Source: Escherichia coli (GTDB taxonomy: Bacteria > Pseudomonadota > Gammaproteobacteria > Enterobacterales > Enterobacteriaceae). From it: 64,000 nt of DNA. How positions within the stretch are numbered: position 1 is the stretch's first letter; every line of letters starts with the position of its first letter. The DNA lies in NCBI RefSeq assembly GCF_022846255.1, contig NZ_AP025682.1, one strand, 5' to 3'. Both the position numbers and the translations under genes were made by a program. The notes under the pieces were generated by a model, which saw only the letters and a list, made by a program, of their open reading frames with translations, did not search any database and had not been told where the DNA came from. This document shows positions 11,287-23,283 of the stretch, in pieces.

Positions 11287-13476
11287 ATGTTTGTGGAGCA
11301 TAACCTGATAAAAAATATCAAGATATTCACACTAGCGTTTACGCTCACCGTGGTACTTATTCAGCTATCCCGTTTTATTTCGCCACTTGCCATTATCCAT
11401 TCCAGTTATATCTTTCTGGCGTGGATGCCACTGTGCGTAATGCTGTCAATCTTGTTTATCTTTGGCTGGCGCGGTGTCGTCCCCGTTTTATGCGGGATGT
11501 TTTGCACCAATCTGTGGAACTTTCATCTCTCTTTTTTACAGACCGCGGTCATGCTCGGCAGCCAGACGTTTGTGGTGTTGTGTGCCTGCGCAATATTACG
11601 CTGGCAGCTGGGGACGCGTTGGCGTTATGGATTGACCAGCCGATATGTCTGGCAACGTCTTTTCTGGCTTGGTTTGGTGACGCCGATCGGCATCAAATGC
11701 AGCATGTATCTTGTGGGGAGCTTTTTTGATTTCCCGCTAAAGATATCCACCTTTTTCGGCGATGCGGATGCCATTTTCACAGTCGTTGATTTACTAAGCC
11801 TTTTCACCGCTGTGCTGATTTACAACATGCTTTTCTACTATCTCACTCGCATGATTGTAAGTCCCCACTTTGCGCAGATATTGTGGCGCAGGGATATTGC
11901 TCCGTCGTTGAGCAAAGAGAAACGCGCATTTACCTTAAGCTGGCTGGCAGCTCTTAGCGTGCTGCTACTTCTGATGTGCACACCGTATGAGAATGACTTT
12001 ATTGCCGGTTACCTGGTACCTGTTTTCTTTATCATCTTTACCCTCGGTGTCGGTAAGCTTCGCTATCCGTTTTTAAATCTCACCTGGGCTGTTTCAACGC
12101 TTTGCCTGCTGAATTACAACCAGAACTTTTTGCAAGGGGTACTAACCGAATATTCGCTGGCATTTATTCTCGCGGTGCTGATTTCCTTTAGTGTTTGCCT
12201 GCTCTATATGGTGCGTATTTATCATCGTAGTGAATGGCTTAACCGCCGCTGGCATTTGCAGGCGCTGACCGATCCGTTAACGCTTCTACCCAACTTTCGT
12301 GCGTTGGAGCAAGCGCCGGAGCAAGAGGCGGGCAAGAGTTTTTGCTGCCTGCGCATTGATAATCTTGAGTTTATGAGTCGTCATTACGGCTTAATGATGC
12401 GCGTTCACTGTATCCGATCAATTTACCGTACGCTGCTGCCGTTGATGCAGGAAAACGAAAAGTTGTATCAATTGCCGGGTAGTGAACTGCTGTTAGTGCT
12501 GAGTGGACCGGAAACGGAAGGGCGACTCCAGCATATGGTTAACATCCTGAATAGTCGGCAAATTCACTGGAACAATACCGGGCTGGATATGGGCTATGGT
12601 GCTGCCTGGGGGCGTTTTGATGGAAATCAGGAAACCTTGCAACCCTTGTTGGGGCAGTTAAGCTGGCTGGCGGAGCAATCCTGCGCACATCACCATGTGC
12701 TGGCGCTGGATAGCAGAGAGGAGATGGTTTCCGGGCAGACCACTAAACAGGTGCTATTGCTGAATACCATTCGTACGGCGTTAGATCAGGGTGATTTGCT
12801 GCTCTACGCCCAGCCAATTCGCAACAAAGAGGGTGAAGGTTATGATGAGATCCTCGCGCGACTGAAATATGACGGCGGCATTATGACCCCGGATAAGTTT
12901 CTGCCCCTTATTGCTCAGTTTAACCTTAGCGCGCGTTTTGATTTGCAAGTGCTGGAATCCCTGTTGAAGTGGCTGGCAACACATCCTTGCGACAAAAAAG
13001 GCCCGCGCTTTTCAGTCAATTTAATGCCGCTCACGCTGCTGCAAAAGAATATTGCCGGGCGGATTATTCGTCTGTTTAAGCGTTATCACATCTCCCCGCA
13101 GGCGGTCATTCTTGAGATCACCGAGGAGCAGGCGTTTTCTAACGCAGAAAGCAGCATGTACAACATCGAGCAACTGCATAAGTTTGGTTTCCGGATTGCG
13201 ATTGATGACTTTGGCACCGGCTATGCCAACTACGAACGGTTAAAACGTTTGCAGGCTGATATCATCAAAATTGATGGCGTCTTTGTGAAAGATATCGTCA
13301 CGAATACGCTGGATGCGATGATTGTGAGATCAATTACCGATCTGGCGAAAGCGAAGTCATTGAGTGTGGTCGCGGAGTTTGTCGAGACGCAACAGCAGCA
13401 GGCGCTATTGCATAAGCTCGGGGTGCAATATCTGCAAGGGTATTTGATTGGTCGCCCGCAGCCATTAGCTGATTAA
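11287..13476 (+). CDS. pdeA: c-di-GMP phosphodiesterase (membrane sensor domain, degenerate GGDEF, EAL)
   Basis: Track ORF 11227..13476 trimmed to Met-21 (729 aa); multi-TM N-terminus and C-terminal EAL-type segment (EITE...DDFGTGYANYERL). Confidence 0.8.
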   Translation: MFVEHNLIKNIKIFTLAFTLTVVLIQLSRFISPLAIIHSSYIFLAWMPLCVMLSILFIFGWRGVVPVLCGMFCTNLWNFHLSFLQTAVMLGSQTFVVLCACAILRWQLGTRWRYGLTSRYVWQRLFWLGLVTPIGIKCSMYLVGSFFDFPLKISTFFGDADAIFTVVDLLSLFTAVLIYNMLFYYLTRMIVSPHFAQILWRRDIAPSLSKEKRAFTLSWLAALSVLLLLMCTPYENDFIAGYLVPVFFIIFTLGVGKLRYPFLNLTWAVSTLCLLNYNQNFLQGVLTEYSLAFILAVLISFSVCLLYMVRIYHRSEWLNRRWHLQALTDPLTLLPNFRALEQAPEQEAGKSFCCLRIDNLEFMSRHYGLMMRVHCIRSIYRTLLPLMQENEKLYQLPGSELLLVLSGPETEGRLQHMVNILNSRQIHWNNTGLDMGYGAAWGRFDGNQETLQPLLGQLSWLAEQSCAHHHVLALDSREEMVSGQTTKQVLLLNTIRTALDQGDLLLYAQPIRNKEGEGYDEILARLKYDGGIMTPDKFLPLIAQFNLSARFDLQVLESLLKWLATHPCDKKGPRFSVNLMPLTLLQKNIAGRIIRLFKRYHISPQAVILEITEEQAFSNAESSMYNIEQLHKFGFRIAIDDFGTGYANYERLKRLQADIIKIDGVFVKDIVTNTLDAMIVRSITDLAKAKSLSVVAEFVETQQQQALLHKLGVQYLQGYLIGRPQPLAD

Positions 13477-13486
13477 CAGGCGTAAA

Positions 13487-13514
13487 AAACCGGGGAATTA
13501 TCCCCGGCTTTTTT
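13487..13514. terminator. bidirectional rho-independent terminator between pdeA and nupC
   Basis: Palindrome ccggggaattatccccgg flanked by A-run and T-run. Confidence 0.65.
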
Positions 13515-13524
13515 ATGTATGGTC

Positions 13525-14727
13525 TTACAGCACCAGTGCTGCGATTGACGCAGACAGCACACTCACCAGGGTAGAGCCGTAAACCAGCTTCAGACCGAAG
13601 CGAGAAACCACGTTACCTTGCTCTTCATTCAGGCCTTTAACTGCACCTGCGATAATCCCGATTGAAGAGAAGTTAGCGAAGGAAACCAGGAACACAGAGA
13701 TGATGCCTTCAGCACGCGGAGAGAGCGTGGAAGCAATTTTCTGCAGATCCATCATCGCAACGAACTCGTTGGAAACCAGTTTGGTCGCCATAATACTGCC
13801 CACTTGCAGTGCTTCACTGGAAGGAACACCCATCACCCAAGCAACCGGATAGAAGATGTAGCCCAGGATGCCCTGGAAGGAGATGCTGTAGCCAAACCAG
13901 CCAGTCACGGTGGCGAACAGTGCGTTCAGCGCGGCGATCAGGGCGATAAAGCCGATCAGCATCGCGGCAACGATAATGGCAACTTTGAAACCTGCCAGAA
14001 TGTATTCACCCAACATTTCGAAGAAGCTCTGACCTTCGTGCAGGTTGGACATCTGAATATTTTCTTCACTGGCATCAACACGGTAAGGGTTGATCAGCGA
14101 CAGCACGATAAAGGTGCTGAACATGTTCAGTACCAGCGCCGCAACGACATATTTCGGCTCCAGCATGGTCATGTATGCACCAACGATGGACATCGACACG
14201 GTGGACATCGCCGTAGCTGCCATGGTGTACATACGATTGCGGGAGATTTTGCCGAGGATATCTTTATAGGCAATAAAGTTTTCAGACTGACCCAGAATCA
14301 GAGAGCTGACGGCGTTGAAGGATTCCAGTTTGCCCATACCGTTGACTTTGGAGAGCAGGAAACCAATTGCGCGGATAATCACCGGCAACACGCGAATGTG
14401 CTGGAGAATACCGATCAGCGCAGAGATAAAGACGATTGGGCACAGCACTTTCAGGAAGAAGAATGCCAGGCCTTGATCATTCATGCTACCAAAGACGAAG
14501 TTAGTCCCTTCGTTGGCAAATCCGAGCAGTTTCTCAAACATTTCGGAGAAGCCTTTCACGAAGCCCAAACCAACGTCGGAGTTCAGGAAGAACCACGCCA
14601 GTAACACTTCGATAACAAGCAGTTGAATAACATAACGGATACGAATTTTTTTGCGGTCGCTGCTTACCAGCAGTGCGAGAATCGCAACAACGGCAAGTGC
14701 CAGTACAAAATGAAGGACGCGGTCCAT
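13525..14727 (-). CDS. nupC: nucleoside:H+ symporter (CNT family)
   Basis: Track ORF 13525..14766 trimmed to Met-14 (400 aa); polytopic membrane protein. Confidence 0.88.
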   Translation of the reverse strand: MDRVLHFVLALAVVAILALLVSSDRKKIRIRYVIQLLVIEVLLAWFFLNSDVGLGFVKGFSEMFEKLLGFANEGTNFVFGSMNDQGLAFFFLKVLCPIVFISALIGILQHIRVLPVIIRAIGFLLSKVNGMGKLESFNAVSSLILGQSENFIAYKDILGKISRNRMYTMAATAMSTVSMSIVGAYMTMLEPKYVVAALVLNMFSTFIVLSLINPYRVDASEENIQMSNLHEGQSFFEMLGEYILAGFKVAIIVAAMLIGFIALIAALNALFATVTGWFGYSISFQGILGYIFYPVAWVMGVPSSEALQVGSIMATKLVSNEFVAMMDLQKIASTLSPRAEGIISVFLVSFANFSSIGIIAGAVKGLNEEQGNVVSRFGLKLVYGSTLVSVLSASIAALVL

Positions 14728-14993
14728 ATTTGCTCCAAATATGAGGCAGGTTAAATTTCCGTGCACATTCTATGTAACATGGTTAAGGAAAACGAGATCT
14801 GACACACACTATAATGACGTCCTGTGACAAGCTTCAAAAATAGTGAGCTGTCATACATTTCTGCTATGTTGTGTATGGAAGCTGAAAGTTATGTAAATGT
14901 GCTAACATTAAACATAATCACAACATTCAAGTCATCAATCTTTTCGTCGTCATAATTCTGGTCTATCAAAGAAATCATCACAATCCACTTAAA

Positions 14994-15013
14994 TGAATTT
15001 GATAATCATTCTC
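14994..15013 (+). promoter_or_regulatory. Fur-box-like site in the mntH promoter region
   Basis: tttgataatcattctc resembles the GATAATGATAATCATTATC Fur consensus; mntH is Fur-regulated in E. coli. Confidence 0.4.
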
Positions 15014-15028
15014 GTTTGACATAGCATG

Positions 15029-15050
15029 AAACATAGCAAAGGCTATGTTT
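15029..15050 (+). promoter_or_regulatory. MntR operator (palindrome AAACATAGC-N3-GCTATGTTT)
   Basis: Perfect inverted repeat 13 bp upstream of the mntH start codon. Confidence 0.6.
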
Positions 15051-15053
15051 TAG

Positions 15054-16301
<1,248 letters not shown>

Positions 16302-16328
16302 TTGAATGAGCGTCGCATCTGGCACTAT

Positions 16329-16417
<89 letters not shown>

Positions 16418-16441
16418 ATTGTGCTCCATTGGCGAATGTGT

Positions 16442-16768
16442 TTAATGGCGGTGTCCATGTCCGCGGCCTTTTCCGCGATGATCGTCACGATCGCGCCAGC
16501 CTTCACGATAGCCACGCTCATACGCTTTACGCTTATCCCAGCCACGGTGGTAGCCATTATCATGACGCCACCAGCGGTTTTTACGCCATTCATAATTGCG
16601 ATGCCAGTAGTCACGGTCGCGCCAGTGACCACCGTCCCAGTAATTACCGTAATGATCGCGATCGCCAATTTGTAATTTGATTGATGGCAGTAGGGTGATT
16701 TCACCTGCGTTTGCCGCAAGCGGGGTAAATGCCATCAGGGCGGCCGCCAGAAACAGTGACCTGAACAT
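16442..16768 (-). CDS. ypeC: secreted low-complexity protein YpeC (DUF2502-like)
   Basis: 108-aa ORF with signal peptide and R/D/H/W-rich repeats; position matches K-12. Confidence 0.7.
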
Positions 16769-16882
16769 TGTTATTCTCCTTCACGATCGAAGCCGTCAGC
16801 GGCCTGTTAACGCAATATTACGGGGAGGTAAAGCCCCGTATCATCGCCATAACTCTTAAATCATAAAGGAGAGCATTTTTTG

Positions 16883-18139
16883 CTAAATGTTATCGTGGGG
16901 TGGCTGTTGCTTCGGACGATTGACCATCATCATCGGCTTACCTGCTAATAACAGCCATGCCGGAAGCATGACGATACAGAGCAGCGGTAGCAATGTGGTA
17001 TTGGGTACAACGACTGCCGCCATAAAAAGACTTAACCAGCCATCGCGTGTTACCACCAGCACGATGCCGAGAATAGCGCAGGAAACGGTTATTGCCGCTG
17101 GAACGGCGGGAACGTGCTCATGCAGCATCAACCCTAATGCCACCCCGACAAACACTGCCGGGAAGATTCGCCCACCGCGAAAGCCACTGGCGGCAGCAAC
17201 CACGAGAGCGGCAAGTTTAATCACCGCCAGCAAAAAGTAATCGCTGGTGCTGAAAGCCTGATTTGCCACCATCTGCTGCATCTCATCCAGCCCTTTAAAC
17301 AGCGAAACTGGTCCACCCATTACCCCCAGAATACCGAGAATAAATCCGCCAATACCCAGCACGAGCACCGGATTTTTCATTTGATGCATCATCGCGTGCA
17401 ACCGTGGTAAGCACCATACGGCGACCATCCCTGCTGCGATGGCAATCGCCGCCACAATTGCACCACTGAGAATATCGGTCATTTGCATCTGTCCGTAATG
17501 CGCAATGGGCAGTGAAAAATGAGGATGGAAAAATAATCCGGTAGTTAGTGCACCAGCTGCTGCCGCCATTAACGGCGCAAAGAGACGATCCCATAGCGGA
17601 ACTTCACTACTGCCATTTAAGGTTTGCGAAAATATCAATGCCGCCGCAACAGGTGTGCCAAACAGCGCGCCGATAGTTCCAGCAGAGGCTAAAATAGTCC
17701 ACTCCATCCGGTTGACGCGCGGTAACAGACGAGCACCTATCGCAACCGCAAGGGCGATATTGACGGTCATGATCGGATGTTCCGGCCCCAGGCTGACGCC
17801 GCCAGCAAGACCGAGAATTAATGCTACGATAAGTCCTGGTAGCGCAGAGGGCGGAACCGGTGCGCCGATCAGCGGTTCACAGGCGGGGTCTGGTCCAGCA
17901 TGCCCCTGGCTGAAACGGATAACCAACCCCACCGCAATACCTGTTAGCGTTAATATGGCGATGATCCAGAAAGGTGAATCCTGGGCTATCCCCAGAGTTC
18001 CCGGCAGTCGTAGCCAGAGCAAATTCTGTAATACCGAGGCGATTTTCATCACCACAATCAGAATAAGACTGGACGCAATCCCAATTGCCACGGCGGGGAG
18101 CGATAATAACAACATGGTTCTGGCTCGCGGATGGAGCAT
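16883..18139 (-). CDS. yfeO: ClC-family anion channel/transporter homologue
   Basis: 418-aa polytopic ORF with ClC-like GxxxP segments; position matches K-12. Confidence 0.8.
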   Translation of the reverse strand: MLHPRARTMLLLSLPAVAIGIASSLILIVVMKIASVLQNLLWLRLPGTLGIAQDSPFWIIAILTLTGIAVGLVIRFSQGHAGPDPACEPLIGAPVPPSALPGLIVALILGLAGGVSLGPEHPIMTVNIALAVAIGARLLPRVNRMEWTILASAGTIGALFGTPVAAALIFSQTLNGSSEVPLWDRLFAPLMAAAAGALTTGLFFHPHFSLPIAHYGQMQMTDILSGAIVAAIAIAAGMVAVWCLPRLHAMMHQMKNPVLVLGIGGFILGILGVMGGPVSLFKGLDEMQQMVANQAFSTSDYFLLAVIKLAALVVAAASGFRGGRIFPAVFVGVALGLMLHEHVPAVPAAITVSCAILGIVLVVTRDGWLSLFMAAVVVPNTTLLPLLCIVMLPAWLLLAGKPMMMVNRPKQQPPHDNI

Positions 18140-18342
18140 GTTCTATTCCTTATGCGGGGTCAGATACTTAGTTTGCCCAGCTTGCAAAAAGGCATCGCTG
18201 CAATTGGTGCTGAAACGATAAAGTAATTGTGTGACCCAGATCGATATTTACAGGGAGCCTGCCTTTCCGGCGTTGTTGTTATGCCCCCAGGTATTTACAG
18301 TGTGAGAAAGAATTATTTTGACTTTAGCGGAGCAGTTGAAGA

Positions 18343-19308
18343 ATGACAAAGTATGCATTAGTCGGTGATGTGGGCGGCACCAACGCGCGTCTTGCTCTGT
18401 GTGATATTGCCAGTGGTGAAATCTCGCAGGCTAAGACCTATTCAGGGCTTGATTATCCCAGCCTCGAAGCGGTCATTCGCGTTTATCTTGAAGAACATAA
18501 GGTCGAGGTGAAAGACGGCTGTATTGCCATCGCTTGCCCGATTACCGGTGATTGGGTGGCAATGACCAACCATACCTGGGCGTTCTCAATTGCCGAAATG
18601 AAAAAGAATCTCGGTTTTAGCCATCTGGAAATTATCAACGATTTTACTGCTGTATCGATGGCGATCCCGATGCTGAAAAAAGAGCATCTGATTCAGTTTG
18701 GTGGCGCAGAACCGGTAGAAGGTAAGCCTATTGCGGTTTACGGTGCCGGAACGGGGCTAGGGGTTGCGCATCTGGTCCATGTAGATAAGCGTTGGGTAAG
18801 CTTGCCAGGCGAAGGCGGTCACGTTGATTTTGCGCCGAATAGTGAAGAAGAGGGCATTATCCTCGAAATACTGCGTGCAGAAATTGGTCATGTTTCGGCA
18901 GAGCGCGTGCTTTCTGGCCCTGGGCTGGTGAATTTGTATCGCGCAATTGTTAAAGCCGACAACCGCCTGCCAGAAAATCTCAAGCCAAAAGATATTACCG
19001 AACGCGCGCTGGCTGACAGCTGCACCGATTGCCGCCGCGCGTTGTCGCTGTTTTGCGTCATTATGGGCCGTTTTGGCGGCAATCTGGCGCTCAATCTCGG
19101 GACATTTGGCGGCGTGTTTATTGCGGGTGGTATCGTGCCGCGCTTCCTTGAGTTCTTCAAAGCCTCTGGTTTCCGTGCCGCATTTGAAGATAAAGGGCGC
19201 TTTAAAGAATATGTCCATGATATTCCGGTGTATCTCATCGTCCATGACAATCCGGGCCTTCTTGGTTCCGGTGCACATTTACGCCAGACCTTAGGTCACA
19301 TTCTCTAA
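18343..19308 (+). CDS. glk: glucokinase
   Basis: 321-aa ORF; N-terminal ROK/glucokinase ATP motif [13 protein letters not shown]. Confidence 0.92.
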   Translation: MTKYALVGDVGGTNARLALCDIASGEISQAKTYSGLDYPSLEAVIRVYLEEHKVEVKDGCIAIACPITGDWVAMTNHTWAFSIAEMKKNLGFSHLEIINDFTAVSMAIPMLKKEHLIQFGGAEPVEGKPIAVYGAGTGLGVAHLVHVDKRWVSLPGEGGHVDFAPNSEEEGIILEILRAEIGHVSAERVLSGPGLVNLYRAIVKADNRLPENLKPKDITERALADSCTDCRRALSLFCVIMGRFGGNLALNLGTFGGVFIAGGIVPRFLEFFKASGFRAAFEDKGRFKEYVHDIPVYLIVHDNPGLLGSGAHLRQTLGHIL

Positions 19309-19526
19309 ATCCTTCCTGTTATATCGGGAGGTAACTCTCCCGATAATCTTTTAAATCATACAGTTAATTCAATTTTCCTTTGTGTCCCCTCACAAGGCCG
19401 ACCTGCGTCACACTTCCGTACAGCGGGATTAATTCTCCAGTAAATGCATTATTTGTCTGGTAACGGCGATTTGTTTTGCACGTTCATAATTTCACTCGTC
19501 AACTATCACTGAACGAGGAATTAACG

Positions 19527-19853
19527 ATGAGTAAGAAACTGATTGCTTTATGTGCCTGCCCGATGGGTCTGGCTCACACCTTTATGGCAGCCCAGGCGCT
19601 GGAAGAAGCGGCGGTGGAAGCAGGCTATGAAGTGAAAATTGAAATTCAGGGCGCGGACGGCATCCAGAATCGCCTGACCGCGCAGGATATCGCCGAAGCG
19701 ACCATCATCATCCACTCCGTGGCGGTTACCCCGGAAGATAACGAACGTTTCGAATCACGCGACGTTTATGAAATCACTTTGCAGGACGCAATTAAAAACG
19801 CTGCGGGCATCATCAAAGAAATCGAAGAGATGATTGCCTCTGAACAACAGTAA
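19527..19853 (+). CDS. fryB: PTS fructose-like EIIB component
   Basis: Track ORF 19476..19853 trimmed to Met-18 (108 aa); active-site Cys context LIALCACPMGLAHT. Confidence 0.8.
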   Translation: MSKKLIALCACPMGLAHTFMAAQALEEAAVEAGYEVKIEIQGADGIQNRLTAQDIAEATIIIHSVAVTPEDNERFESRDVYEITLQDAIKNAAGIIKEIEEMIASEQQ

Positions 19854-19874
19854 TATTCGACAGGGATAATTGTT

Positions 19875-21122
19875 ATGGCCATTAAAAAACGCAGTGCAAC
19901 CGTTGTGCCTGGCGCATCCGGTGCGGCAGCGGCAGTTAAGAATCCGCAGGCCTCTAAAACCAGCTTCTGGGGTGAACTCCCGCAGCATGTGATGTCAGGG
20001 ATTTCACGCATGGTGCCGACCTTAATTATGGGCGGTGTGATCCTCGCTTTCAGCCAGCTGATTGCTTATAGCTGGCTTAAAATTCCTGCTGATATCGGCA
20101 TCATGGATGCTCTTAATAGCGGGAAATTCTCCGGTTTCGACCTCTCCTTACTGAAATTTGCCTGGTTGTCGCAGTCCTTCGGCGGCGTGTTGTTTGGTTT
20201 TGCCATTCCGATGTTTGCTGCATTTGTGGCGAACTCTATCGGTGGCAAACTGGCGTTCCCGGCTGGTTTTATCGGTGGGTTGATGTCTACCCAGCCGACG
20301 CAACTGCTGAACTTCGATCCCAGCACGATGCAATGGGCGACCTCTTCGCCGGTGCCGTCCACCTTCATTGGTGCCCTGATTATTTCTATCGTTGCTGGTT
20401 ACCTTGTGAAGTGGATGAACCAGAAAATCCAGTTACCGGATTTCCTGTTAGCGTTCAAAACCACATTTTTGCTACCGATTCTTTCCGCCATTTTTGTCAT
20501 GCTGGCGATGTACTACGTCATCACCCCCTTTGGTGGCTGGATCAACGGCGGTATCCGTACCGTGCTGACTGCCGCAGGTGAGAAGGGTGCGCTAATGTAC
20601 GCGATGGGGATCGCCGCGGCGACAGCAATCGACCTTGGTGGCCCGATCAACAAAGCAGCTGGTTTCGTTGCCTTCAGCTTTACCACTGACCACGTATTAC
20701 CGGTTACCGCGCGTTCCATCGCTATTGTTATTCCGCCGATTGGTCTGGGTCTGGCGACCATTATCGACCGCCGTTTAACCGGCAAACGTCTGTTCAGTGC
20801 TCAGCTTTATCCGCAGGGTAAAACCGCCATGTTCCTGGCGTTTATGGGGATCAGTGAGGGTGCGATTCCGTTTGCGCTGGAAAGCCCCATCACCGCCATT
20901 CCGTCCTATATGGTCGGCGCGATTGTCGGCTCAACCGCCGCTGTCTGGCTGGGCGCAGTGCAATGGTTCCCGGAGTCCGCTATCTGGGCATGGCCGCTGG
21001 TCACTAACCTCGGCGTCTACATGGCGGGGATCGCGCTGGGGGCAGTCATAACTGCGCTGATGGTGGTGTTCCTGCGTCTGATGATGTTCCGTAAAGGCAA
21101 ATTGTTAATCGATAGCCTGTAA
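19875..21122 (+). CDS. fryC: PTS fructose-like EIIC component
   Basis: 415-aa polytopic ORF downstream of fryB. Confidence 0.85.
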   Translation: MAIKKRSATVVPGASGAAAAVKNPQASKTSFWGELPQHVMSGISRMVPTLIMGGVILAFSQLIAYSWLKIPADIGIMDALNSGKFSGFDLSLLKFAWLSQSFGGVLFGFAIPMFAAFVANSIGGKLAFPAGFIGGLMSTQPTQLLNFDPSTMQWATSSPVPSTFIGALIISIVAGYLVKWMNQKIQLPDFLLAFKTTFLLPILSAIFVMLAMYYVITPFGGWINGGIRTVLTAAGEKGALMYAMGIAAATAIDLGGPINKAAGFVAFSFTTDHVLPVTARSIAIVIPPIGLGLATIIDRRLTGKRLFSAQLYPQGKTAMFLAFMGISEGAIPFALESPITAIPSYMVGAIVGSTAAVWLGAVQWFPESAIWAWPLVTNLGVYMAGIALGAVITALMVVFLRLMMFRKGKLLIDSL

Positions 21123-21136
21123 GAAGGACAATCCTG

Positions 21137-22222
21137 ATGACATTACTCGCTTCGCTGCGCGACTGGCTTAAGGCGCAACAACTGGATGCGGTGCTTCTCT
21201 CCTCACGGCAGAACAAACAGCCGCATCTGGGGATCTCCACCGGATCAGGCTATGTGGTGATTTGCCGTGAAAGTGCGCACATTCTGGTGGATTCGCGCTA
21301 TTACGCGGATGTAGAAGCCCGCACGCAAGGTTACCAGCTGCATTTGCTCGACGCGATGCACACGCTTGCCACCATCGTCAGACAAATCATTGCCGATGAG
21401 CAGTTGCAAACGCTCGGTTTTGAAGGCCAGCAGGTGAGTTGGGAAACCGCGCACCGCTGGCAGTTCGAACTCAATGCGAAACTGGTGAGCGCCACGCCGG
21501 ATGTGCTGCGGCAAATCAAAACGCCAGAAGAGGTGGAGAAAATCCGCCTTGCCTGCGGGATTGCCGATCGTGGCGCAGAGCATATTCGCCGCTTTATTCA
21601 GGCGGGTATGAGCGAATGCGAGATAGCCGCTGAACTGGAGTGGTTTATGCGCCAGCAGGGCGCAGAAAAAGCCTCTTTTGACACCATTGTCGCCAGTGGC
21701 TGGCGTGGGGCGCTGCCGCACGGTAAAGCCAGCGACAAGATTGTTGCAGCGGGCGAGTTTGTCACTCTCGATTTCGGTGCGCTGTATCAGGGCTACTGCT
21801 CTGATATGACGCGCACCTTGCTGGTGAATGGCGAAGGGGTGAGCGCCGAATCTCACCCGCTGTTTAACGTCTATCAGATTGTCCTGCAGGCACAGCTCGC
21901 GGCAATCTCTGTAATTCGCCCCGGCGTGCGCTGCCAGCAGGTTGACGATGCCGCGCGCCGCGTGATTACCGAGGCCGGTTATGGCAAGTTTTTCGGCCAT
22001 AACACCGGTCATGCTATCGGTATTGAAGTCCATGAAGAGCCGCGTTTTTCACCGCGGGACACCACGACGCTACAGCCAGGTATGTTACTGACCGTGGAGC
22101 CAGGGATTTATTTGCCAGGGCAAGGGGGCGTGCGCATCGAAGATGTCGTGCTGGTCACCCCGCAAGGCGCAGAAGTGCTCTACGCCATGCCGAAAACAGT
22201 GTTGCTCACGGGAGAGGCATAA
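21137..22222 (+). CDS. ypdF: Xaa-Pro aminopeptidase (M24 family)
   Basis: 361-aa ORF with M24 metal-binding motif ([13 protein letters not shown]). Confidence 0.85.
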   Translation: MTLLASLRDWLKAQQLDAVLLSSRQNKQPHLGISTGSGYVVICRESAHILVDSRYYADVEARTQGYQLHLLDAMHTLATIVRQIIADEQLQTLGFEGQQVSWETAHRWQFELNAKLVSATPDVLRQIKTPEEVEKIRLACGIADRGAEHIRRFIQAGMSECEIAAELEWFMRQQGAEKASFDTIVASGWRGALPHGKASDKIVAAGEFVTLDFGALYQGYCSDMTRTLLVNGEGVSAESHPLFNVYQIVLQAQLAAISVIRPGVRCQQVDDAARRVITEAGYGKFFGHNTGHAIGIEVHEEPRFSPRDTTTLQPGMLLTVEPGIYLPGQGGVRIEDVVLVTPQGAEVLYAMPKTVLLTGEA

Positions 22223-23259
22223 TGGATTTATCGCTCTTAAAAGCGTTGAGCGAGGCAGATGCGATCGCCTCCTCGGAACAGGAAGTACGGCAGATCCTGC
22301 TGGATGAAGCGGATCGCCAGCAAAAAGAGGTCCGTTTTGACGGCCTGGGATCGGTGCTGATTCGACTCAATGAGTCGACAGGTCCGAAGGTGATGATCTG
22401 TGCGCATATGGACGAAGTGGGATTTATGGTGCGCAGCATCTCCCGCGAAGGGGCGATTGATGTGTTGCCGGTTGGCAATGTACGCATGGCTGCCCGCCAG
22501 CTTCAGTCGGTGCGTATCACTACCCGTGAAGAGTGCAAAATTCCAGGCCTGCTTGACGGCGACCGGCAGGGGAATGACGTCAGCGCCATGCGCGTGGACA
22601 TTGGCGCGCGCTCCTGTGACGAAGTGATGCAGGCAGGAATTCGTCCAGGCGATCGCGTCACCTTCGATACCACTTTTCAGGTTCTCCCTCACCAGCGAGT
22701 GATGGGGAAAGCCTTTGATGACCGCCTCGGTTGCTATCTGCTGGTGACGTTACTGCGTGAGCTGCACGACGCCGAACTGCCTGCGGAAGTGTGGCTGGTG
22801 GCAAGTTCCAGCGAAGAGGTGGGATTACGCGGCGGGCAAACTGCCACCCGCGCGGTGTCGCCGGATGTCGCCATTGTGCTTGATACTGCCTGCTGGGCGA
22901 AAAACTTTGATTATGGCGCAGCTAACCATCGCCAGATTGGTAACGGGCCGATGCTGGTGTTAAGCGACAAGTCACTGATTGCGCCGCCAAAACTTACCGC
23001 CTGGATCGAAACCGTGGCGGCAGAAATTGGCGTACCGTTGCAGTCAGATATGTTCAGCAATGGCGGCACGGACGGTGGGGCGGTGCACTTAACCGGCACT
23101 GGCGTACCCACAGTGGTGATGGGGCCTGCAACCCGCCACGGACATTGCGCCGCATCGATTGCCGACTGCCGTGACATTTTGCAGATGGAGCAACTTTTAT
23201 CTGCCCTTATTCAACGTCTTACGCGTGAGACGGTTGTTCAACTGACGGATTTCAGATGA
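22222..23259 (+). CDS. ypdE: aminopeptidase (M42 family)
   Basis: 345-aa ORF, start overlaps the ypdF stop; M42-like motifs. Confidence 0.8.
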   Translation: MDLSLLKALSEADAIASSEQEVRQILLDEADRQQKEVRFDGLGSVLIRLNESTGPKVMICAHMDEVGFMVRSISREGAIDVLPVGNVRMAARQLQSVRITTREECKIPGLLDGDRQGNDVSAMRVDIGARSCDEVMQAGIRPGDRVTFDTTFQVLPHQRVMGKAFDDRLGCYLLVTLLRELHDAELPAEVWLVASSSEEVGLRGGQTATRAVSPDVAIVLDTACWAKNFDYGAANHRQIGNGPMLVLSDKSLIAPPKLTAWIETVAAEIGVPLQSDMFSNGGTDGGAVHLTGTGVPTVVMGPATRHGHCAASIADCRDILQMEQLLSALIQRLTRETVVQLTDFR

Positions 23260-23283
23260 TCTCCTGATTAACCCGGAGCGGTT

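Noticed and set aside
13477-13524. Insertion sequence between pdeA and nupC
   Set aside because: I recall an IS186 copy at this position in K-12 MG1655, but here the interval is 48 bp and holds only a terminator; no transposase or inverted repeats anywhere in the window.
13804-14604. 266-aa plus-strand ORF antisense to nupC
   Set aside because: His/Arg/Asp/Gly-rich shadow frame inside a conserved transporter gene.
21245-22033. 262-aa minus-strand ORF antisense to ypdF
   Set aside because: Shadow ORF inside the aminopeptidase gene.
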